The translations under genes and the position numbers were made by a program. A stretch of DNA of 64,000 nt, taken from contig JBITNC010000001.1 in NCBI GenBank assembly GCA_050084985.1, forward strand, positions 134,788,001 to 134,852,000, written 5' to 3'. Below are positions 55,701 through 64,000 of this stretch, piece by piece. The notes under the pieces are model-generated. The model had not been told where the DNA came from and did no database searches. It was given only the letters and a program-made list of their open reading frames with translations. This DNA comes from Nageia nagi. Its lineage: Eukaryota; Plantae; Pinophyta. The stretch's first letter is position 1; each line of letters begins with the position of its first letter.

Positions 55701-55786
55701 CTAGCTTCACCACAAAGATCAGCTATGAGGAGGATGAAGAGAAGGATCAAGAAGAATCTACTACAGTTGATGATGTTCCAAATTGA
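52763..55786 (+). pseudogene. PDS5: PDS5-like (sister chromatid cohesion protein, plant PDS5C-type N-terminal HEAT/ARM region) fused to an acidic unknown C-terminus; split by a solo LTR and one frameshift
   Basis: MAFSSGKELMERLMKAKRNL..EELEDCLHMV..QEALI | PTILSL..ILRISSPKPPYDDNKLRMMLQFMVDSFENL..KRVTMLEAFAKTRIGNIMLELGMD / MFHLFIPSVREEHVDNVVTTMRDIMTLIVDES..FEEKLKPF is collinear with plant PDS5 (RITAPDAPYDD..FKLIVSSFE.L..KR.SILET.AKVR..VMLDL..EMF.HF..M..IMTLVLEES..KLK); recognised by eye. Confidence 0.85.
52926..54469 (+). repeat. Solo LTR (related family) inserted in the PDS5-like ORF
   Basis: TGTAATGTCCCC...CTCATCACA; TSD GATTT/GATTC; removing it restores the reading frame. Confidence 0.88.
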
Positions 55787-56384
55787 ACAAGCAATTTGGG
55801 AGGGGCGGAATTGTAATGTACCCATTTTTATGGTGTTTTCCTCATTTCACCACTAACAAATGGGAACATTAGATTAGGAATATTTTTATTTAATTTTGGC
55901 AATTTATTAGATTTTATGTCCAATTATTGCAAGTTCCATTTGGAGAACAATTAATTAAACATTGGGGCCTATTTTAGTATATTAGGAATTATTTTATAAT
56001 TTTATGACAATAATTATGTAATTAAAATACCAAGGTCAATTATTTATTGTAAATGCAATATTAGTCTCCATTAATGGGACGTTGCATATATTTAGCCTTG
56101 ATGAATGTAATATTGGCATTAATGGGCCTCTTTTGTAATAATTGCTCCCCTTTCGAGGTAGAGCAAGACACCAAGTTATTTTTACCTACTACGAGGCATT
56201 GGAAGACTCCACACTTGAACATTGGGCTTGAGGAGGAAGATTGGACAATCAAGATGTGAAATTGGGCATCCCAAGACACCCACATCTCCCTTGGAAGCTC
56301 TTAGACCAAAGTTGGTGATATCTAGGCACATGGAAGACTCCTATAACCCAACATTGGCATTCCTAGCCCTTGGATGTCATCAGT

Positions 56385-57759
56385 TGTGATGATCCCAAAT
56401 TGGTGGATCATGATCAAACATGCCCTAGGAGAGGGGATCTAGCCAATCAAAACCAAACTTGCAATTCTATTCCAACATCTAGCAATTAATGATACAAAAG
56501 CAAGTTTGAAACACAAAATACCTCCGAAAACTCAACGTAAGGCTTAAGGAAGCAAACGGTAAATAAACTTCAAAATAGCACTTCCAAATCCAACGTCCAA
56601 GCATAAGGAGGTAATAACAACAAAATAACAATAATGTAATTGTATTGAGATAAGAATGGATAACCACAATTACAATATATTTTTGGTGCCTAAGGAGCTT
56701 ACACCAAGGTTGCCTCCAATAGGGTTTTTGTGGATGGCTCCAAAGACTCACCAACCACAGCAGCAGCAAGGCCAAGCCCAAGGCTTCCCTACTTCTTTGT
56801 GATGGAACAATCAAGGTTCTTCTCCCGAATCATTGGAGTAAGCTCAAGGTTAGCCTTCAATCACCTTAAGAACTCAAATGCAAATTGTTCCACAAGTGGT
56901 GAAGAAAGAGTTCTCACACTCAGTCCGATAAAAGGGATTTTAATCATAAATTCAACATATCTTGTGTAATCCAGATGTCCTTACATAGGAGAGGTAGTCC
57001 ATCTTCTAATATTGCATCGACATGATCTAACAGTGCATAATGATGATCCTTGTGCTCATGATGCTAACGTCCAGGATGGAGAGCCTTGGGATGAACGAAA
57101 TCACATCCAAGGGCCTAGAATTGCAACATTGGGATGAGGAGGCCTTTAGTGTGCCTCGGTGTAGATGCCATGCACTACGATTCCTCCAAGAAGGTGACGT
57201 AGGGCCTAGGGATGCCCAGATCTCTAACGTGGGGGTCAAATCCACCTTAAATGCCCAATGTGGGGTCATGGAAGCCAGAAATGCCTAATGTCCAAGTATG
57301 GGAGCCATTTGGTGTCTTGGGATGCCAAATATCCCTCTTGGAATACCATGTCCAGTCTTTGAAGCTTTCCTAAAGCCTCGTAGTATGTGTAATCACATAG
57401 GGGAATGCTCTAGCTCGAAGAGGGGAGCATTAATGACAAGAGATCCATCTAATGCCAATTTACAATCATCAAGGTTAAATATGCAATGTCCCATTACTTG
57501 GAGACTAATATTGCATTTACAATAATAATGGCCTTGGTATCAGTAATACAATATTATTGACATATTAAGGCACTCAACTATACATAATGAACTAAATAAA
57601 GGCCCATCATTCCATAATTTGAGCATTTAACTAAGTTTCTAAGTGGAACCTACAATAATTGGCCCAAAACTACTAAAACAGACAAAATTACTCCTAAACT
57701 AATGTTCCCATTTATCAATGGTGAAATAGGGAAAACACCATAAAAATGGGGACATTACA
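56385..57759 (-). repeat. Inverted solo LTR (related family) inserted in the 3' LTR
   Basis: Reverse strand begins TGTAATGTCCCCATTTTTATGGTG and ends ATCACA; TSD TCAGT/TCAAT; the host LTR sequence resumes collinearly with the 5' LTR. Confidence 0.88.
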
Positions 57760-60249
57760 TCAATCCCATATCGAGGCATCTTGATCTTGGACATGGGATA
57801 TGAGAGCACACGGATCACCCTTGGACACCATTGGATGAGATCATATCAACCCCAACGCATGATTAGAAGAGCTACCTCATCTATATAAGGAAGATTCTTG
57901 GAGGACTAAATGCATGTGATTATTATTACTTCTTCTCTTTTCTTGGTTGGAGCTTGTCTCTTCCAGAATTCCACTTCTTTGGAGTGAGGTACCTATAGCG
58001 GGGTGCAGTACAAGACTTACGTGGGCACACACTTGGGGGTTGGCGAAACCCAAGTTGTCAGCTAGTTATCCAAGGGTGTTGGCATTACCTTGGATTACCG
58101 TAACACTACCAGTGGATCTCCGAGATTCCACCACAGCTACTGACAAAGGAAGCCTTGATGCATGCTTCGCCACACTGCAAATATTGAGCCATGGAGCATC
58201 AGTCTTATAGCATACTCTTGTAATTAAGGTTCACCATAACTTCTTATTCGAATACAATTACATAATTTCTTATTCGAATACAATTACATTATTTAGCTAT
58301 TATCTTGTCATTTGTCTGCTTGTGCTTGGATGTTGGATCTAGGAAGGGTTTTACATTGTTATTTCATAATTTGGCTTCCTTAGGCCCTACATTGGGTGTT
58401 TGTGTGCATATGATAAGTGTTTGCTTCATTACTGCCAATAATAGCTAGACATTGGATAACTAGCATTATTTTGAGCATTGTTGGTAAGATTTGGAGCTTG
58501 AAAACCAATGTCCCTCTCCTATGGCACGTTTGGTGGATTTGGTTGATCCGGACTTGAGGGATTTAGGAGAAATTCCCAATGAACGCTAGTTAGGCTCATC
58601 ACAATCTTCCTACTTGGAAATGCCTCTCTTTTAAGGTTCTCTATTGTCTTTAGCTCGGAAAGCCCGATTGGTGAAAGCTACTCTCCAGAGCATTCCTACA
58701 TATTTCATGTATCTTTTTAAGATGCCTCAAAGAGTTTTTCAAAAGATTGAACAAATTCAAAAGGCCTTTGTTTGGTCAGGTTCAAAGGAGAAATGCAAAT
58801 TTGCTCTTATTGCTTGGGACAAAGTTTATACAAGGAAAATGGTGGCCTTGGATTTAGGAAAATGGCTTTGATGAATAGGGCTTTGATTGCCAAACAGGGT
58901 TGGAGACTATTTCAGAATCTCAATCTTCCTTGGATTAAAACGTTAAAACATCAATATTTTGTAATATCCCCAAAATTCTCCAACGCAAGGATTAGCCAAA
59001 TAATTACCAACAAATATCAAATAAATTATGCCAAGGCCAAATTACTCACTCTCAAGCCCAACATCACACTAGGGCATCCAAATATCATGCAAAACACACC
59101 ATAAATGCGCCAAGAAACATGACGTCACATTCAAAGAGGCAAGATAACACTAAACGCACATCAAAATGAGACAATAATGGAGAGATCCAATGTGCCAATG
59201 CTCAAATAATGAAGAAATGATGAGTACAATGCAATACTAGGTCCAAAGGGCTCAACGTTAGCCTCCAAGGATCCAAGGACCCAACTAGGGCACACAATGT
59301 GCAAAATATGATTTCATTGAAGGAAATATGTTGTAGAACAACCGCACTCTACCAAATCTATGGACGCCACACTGAAGGGCTTCCTCACAGGCTGGCTCAC
59401 GATGAAGAGAACAAGTGCAATTTCGGAATACCACCAGATGGATTCAAAGTTGATGATCGCTATGGATGCCTCAATGAAGGGCAAATCTCATAGCACGAAC
59501 GACCCACTCAATTGCAGATTAGGAGTTCTAAGCCTCCTAAACTCTATCCTGAACTACACGCCCAAGGGTGCTTGACACTGTCAAGTCTTTAGAAGCTCCG
59601 AAGAAAAGAATTAGTTTCAATATTAAAATCAACATATCCTCACAATGATGCTCCAATGCCTTATATAACACCTTCTAGATCTGGATCTCACCTAGGAGTC
59701 AACACCCCAACCTCCAAATCCAATGTTAGCCTCCTTAAGGCCCTCAAATACCCAATCATGGGGTTAACTGTGTTCCCCAATGTGCCTAGGTGTCATGCAT
59801 GCCTAACATTAGCCTTCTAGAGGCTACCCAACACCAAATACATATCATCATGGGCCAGCATGAGGATCTAGAGTCTTCCCCAAGTGTGGTGAAGGTGTGC
59901 AAGTGTGCAATGATGTTCCTCAAGTCCAACGTTGGGATCATAGGTGTCCATCCATGCCATGCGTTGGCTATCTAGGTGTCATACAAAGACTTGGAATTCC
60001 CAGAATCAATCTTTAGGATCTCCAAGTGCATCAAAATAAGGGAAAATTACTTTAATAGCCCTCACAAATACCTTATTTACAAAAATGGCCCCAACAAATT
60101 TATATTTACAAAAATGACCCTCTGTTTGACTACCACCATGTGGCCTCCACCTTCGTCGAAGGAAACCGCCTCCGCTTAAAGAAGTCACCTCCACCACCTA
60201 CGTCTGCTAACAATGCTACCTCAACTGGAGTCTGAAAGTCTACCTTCAT

Positions 60250-60860
60250 CACCACCTACTTCTTAACCTTGAAAGTACCTGTGCTAAGTTTCTCCACCAA
60301 AAAACACTACCATCATCTTGGTGGCCTCCAAAGCTGCCTTGGCGCTGGCTATGCTCTCCAACATTGTGTTTCACGTGCTTTTTTTTGGCTTATCGAATAA
60401 GATGTTTTGCCTTTGAACCACCAAGAAATAAGTGAGCAGAGGGCATTGTGTCTTCTAAACCTTCTACACATAGAATGGCCCTCCTCTAGGCAGTTTGTGA
60501 TCAATGCTCTCTCATACGTTTGCCCCGTCGCTACAATCACTAGATCACGAATCAAATCCAATGAGATCGGGAACTTCAAATCATCTAAAATATGCATATA
60601 AATACAATTTTTCAAATCCATAGAACCGATGGATGAAGCATCTGTTGGCTTGGACCTCTCAAACTAGCTGGCCTCCATCTCTAAAATGCTAAACAACATG
60701 CACTTGCAATAACGCATGAACATGATTAAGCTATTAATCATCAAACTACCCCTGCCACCACACCCATTCCTTTGAACTCACTATGCCTCCATATTTTATC
60801 CTCCAACAGTTCTATTTCTCAACGAAAGCTTTGCGCATCTTTAATATCCAAACTATCAAA
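60250..60860 (-). pseudogene. Captured fragment of a PUB16/PUB17-like U-box ARM E3 ligase
   Basis: EIELLEDKI..INSLIMFMRYCKCMLF..DDLKFPISLDLIRDLVIVATGQTYERALITNCLEEGHSMC..NALCSLISWW..KAALEATKMMV.F.VEKLS; contains stops and frameshifts. Confidence 0.88.
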
Positions 60861-60907
60861 TCACTGTAACAAGTGGAAGTGGCCAGCTGCAAGCGATGGT
60901 GTGGAAG

Positions 60908-62175
60908 TGTGACGTCCCCCTTGTACTTTTGATGGGACCCATTGGGTCATCTTGTACTATATCTACTTATCATATTTGCATTTGCACTGTGTAACTCAGG
61001 ATAGGAGTTTAATGGGTCATGTGGACCCCACTGTGAGGCCCAAGCGGGACGTCTCCCTCCTAAGTAGTAGATTAGGCATGTTTTGTATTGGAGATCCCAG
61101 ATTGTGGGAATCCTAAGGTATGTTTATACATTTGTGAGTCGGATGGCTACCAGCATACTAGCGCCACACTGGGGAGGGCCCCATACCCCCAAGTTGGCTT
61201 ATTAGAGCTCCAGGAACCCCACGTTGGCACTCTAAGTGCTAGGGACCCCACGTTGGCACTTTAAGTGATCATGACCCCCATGTTGGCATATCAGATGATT
61301 ATGACCCCCACCTTGGCACTTAAGTGAATTGAGCACCCCAAATACCCAACGTTGGATTAGATGGGCCTGGGATGACTCCTAGGTGAGCTTCGTACACGAG
61401 CAATATATAAAATATATATTAGAGCTTCAGTATTGGGCAGCTTATGATTATTATCACACTTCTACTACAAACCTTTGAGCACAAGTCTTAACGGCGCTAA
61501 GCAAACCTTTCCTAGACGGAGCGTCTAGAGGGTAGTCAAGCAGTGGGATCTTGGCTATCTACGGCATAGGTGGAGCACCTTGCCCATCCGATGGGATACC
61601 GAGGATTCACTTCTACCTTCAGTGATTCACCAGGGTTCGAGGAGAGCTCCTTCAGTGGAGAGGATTCGGAGTCTGAGGGAGTGTGTCTATCCCATGGTTC
61701 TACACTTGTTCCGGTATTGAGATATCATTATATCATGCCCTAGTTGGCTCCTTGGAGGCCAACGTCCAGCTCTAGGAGCTAGGGTTTGTATTGCTATTCA
61801 TATTATATCATAATACAGGCCATTGGGCATTGGATCTCATGTGTTGTCTTGTTGTATTATGTATGTGACATCGTTGAGTACCAATGTATCACACTTGTGC
61901 ACGTGTTAGTGTTGTAAGCATCTGTTTATGTTGGTTTTCCATATTGTGGCATTCGTTGGTGTAGTAGGCTTGCATATACATCATTGTGAGTATTCGTTGG
62001 GTGTGTAGTGTCATTAGAACCCTTGGAGAGTTGACGTCAACCTTGGGAGTGTGTTTGGTGCCATAGAGGACCAACGTTAGCATTGTGGATGCATAGTTGA
62101 GGGTGTTGGAACCCCTAGTTCACTGATTTTGATTGTTGTTGGTATTTGAGTTGAGGTCCGTTTTGGATCATCACA
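60908..62175 (+). repeat. Solo LTR related to the chromovirus LTR at 24297-25501, inserted in the Pack-MULE
   Basis: TGTGACGTCCCCCTTGT...GGATCATCACA, the same termini as that chromovirus LTR; TSD GGAAG/AGAAG. Confidence 0.85.
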
Positions 62176-64000
62176 AGAAGGTAGCATCGTTATTGTACGC
62201 GGGTGGTAGAGGCGGTTTCTCAGTGGAGGTGGAAGCCATATGGCAGCCATCAAACATAAAGATCATATTTGTAAATATAAATTTATTAGGGTTATTTTTG
62301 TAAATATGGTATTTGTCAGGATTATTAGAGTAATTTTCTCTAAAAATAATAATAAAACAACTCATCCTATGCTTGGAGGAAAACATCCCACTTTGGGGCT
62401 CAAAATGTGGGTCCAATGGACTATTATTATTCCATCCTAAGTTACTACAAATGCAAGAATAAAATAAGACAAATTGTTTACAAAAGGGATGCCAAAGATC
62501 CCAAATTTCCTCAATTTTGGTCAAAAGGGGATGTTACATATTTGGAAGGCAATAGGGATTTTATGGTTGAAGAGAATCTTGTTAGGGGATCGTCTTTCTA
62601 TAATGGTCTTCAATGGGTGAGACATCTTTTGAGGAAAGGATCAAAATGGAAGATCAATAATGTAGAGAAAACTGATTTTTGGAAGGACAAATGGAGTCAT
62701 TCAAAACCTTTGATTGAAGATGATGCTTAAGCACCTTTAGTTACCATGCTCTATGGCCCTCAAGTTTAAGATTTTTTACAATTGGGTCAGGGCATGTTGA
62801 CTTGGAAGGATTTGAGCTTTCCAAACTTAGATGAACATTCGGCCAAGGCTTGGAAGCATTTGTGCCTAGCCATTAAGGCCACCCGTTTGGGTAGAGGGAA
62901 TATGGAGGATTCAAGGATTTGGGATGGGGAAAGGCATGGAATGTTTACAATTAAATTTGCATATTCCTACCTGATCTTGGAGACTAACCATTGGCTTCCA
63001 ATTTCTCAGGTTTGGTTCAAATCTCTTATTCCTAAGATTAACTACTTTTTTCGACTGGTGGTGCAGAACAAAATTCTAACTATGGAGAACCTTCATAACA
63101 AGAATATCCCAATTCCCAACCGGTGATATCTTTGTGAGATGGATTGAGAAACTTCTACACACTTATTTTTGAGGTGTCCTTTTTCAAGAAAAGTGTTCAA
63201 GGATTTTCTTTTCTCTTTTAAGATAGCTTGGGTGCTCCCAAGACCTATTTCAAATCTTTGTCTCCAATGGATTTCACCCTTTGTTTCCAAGAGACTCAAG
63301 AAATTATGGAAGTTAAGTTTGCCCCACTTTTGTTGGCATATTTGGAAAGAGAGGAATAATAGGGCCTTCAAAAACTTGAAGAAGAATGTGGAGACTCTTT
63401 GCTCCAGGTTCAATATGGCAATCTTCGAAAACGTGGCTTCTTATCTTAAGAAAGAGGAGAAGGAACTGGAAGAGAAGGAGGAAATTGCCAATAATTTTGG
63501 CTTGATTAGGATACAAAAAAAAAGGAAGGGAAGAGGTGAACCCTAGAGCTTCTACTAAATGGATTCCTCCCACTGAGGGATGGCTTAAGCTCAACTTTGA
63601 TGGGGCCTCTAAAGGCGATCCTGGAGTCTCGAGTGCTGAAGAAGTTTTCCAAAATGAGAGGGGAGAACTTGTCTTGTCCTATGTTGAACCTCTAGGGAGA
63701 AAAACAAGTCACTTTGTTGAGACTCGAACCCTTTTTAAGGGTTTATCTTTGATGAGTTCATTGAGAGTGGATAAGCTTACAATTGAAGGTGACTCTTTTA
63801 ACATTATCAACCTCTTCTATGGAACCCAAACTCCAAGCTGGTCTATTGAAGATATGATTTTAGAATCCCTGAAATTAATTGGTGAGCTAAAAGAAGTTCA
63901 AATCCAACATATATTCAAATAAGGCAATTCCGTGGTGGACATTTTGTCAAATATGGCTACTAGTTTGGATGATGTACGGGTGTGGAAAGGCTCCTTTCCA

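Larger units (their letters stand above)
49718..58603 (+). mobile_element. Non-autonomous LTR retroelement (chromovirus-like termini) carrying a PDS5-like ORF instead of gag-pol
   Basis: 5' LTR 49718-51090; PBS TGGTATCAGAGC 51092-51103; PPT TTTGGGAGGGGCGGAAT; 3' LTR 55812-58603 (interrupted); perfect TSD ATCTT (49713-49717 / 58604-58608). Confidence 0.93.
60040..62340. mobile_element. Pack-MULE
   Basis: TIRs of roughly 170-190 bp, GGGAAAATTAC.../...GTAATTTTCTC; 9-bp TSD TCAAAATAA (60031-60039) / TAAAAATAA (62341-62349). Confidence 0.9.
58960..62538 (-). repeat. Solo LTR (~1.27 kb net) inserted in the LINE; hosts a MULE
   Basis: TGTAAT...GTTACA termini; perfect TSD TATTT (58955-58959 / 62539-62543); orientation inferred from a TGTAACATCCCC start on the minus strand. 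Confidence 0.82.
44641..64000 (+). mobile_element. Near full-length plant L1 LINE (ORF1 DUF4283-like; ORF2 EN-RT-zf-RVT-RNase H), interrupted at 49718-58603 and 58960-62538
   Basis: ORF1 motifs PIWVQLP and FARVYVEVNL; ORF2 from ~47533 MKIIGWN, LQETK, NVYG, SRIDR, FQPISLCN, KLDMNKAYD, QQFVDD; the frame rejoins across both insertions (LPS|SYLEMPL; KHQY|LEG); HLFLRC, WKERNNR and LKLNFDGASKG..EGDS. Confidence 0.93.

Overview
AT-rich plant nuclear DNA made almost entirely of old, nested transposable elements. The TE types, their age and the probable very long intron suggest a gymnosperm (inference). The only clear host gene is the last three exons of a minus-strand serine carboxypeptidase-like (SCPL clade II) gene at 38846-39581; its upstream exons are not visible in the window. 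TEs: an Ogre/Tat gypsy (RT-RH-aRH-INT), two decayed copia elements and a copia-type LTR, two Mutator-like elements with TIRs and 9-bp TSDs, three L1-type LINE pieces (one near full length and multiply interrupted), a chromovirus lacking gag/protease, and a Tat gypsy with aRH upstream of RT plus a ~3.7-kb extra ORF. Most notable: (1) an LTR element with intact termini (49718-58603, perfect ATCTT TSD, tRNA-Met PBS, PPT) that has no gag-pol and instead carries an intronless PDS5-like cohesin-regulator N-terminal domain; (2) a Pack-MULE (60040-62340) carrying a PUB16/17-like U-box E3 ligase fragment at the third level of a four-level nest. Protein identities come from motif recognition by eye, not from database searches.
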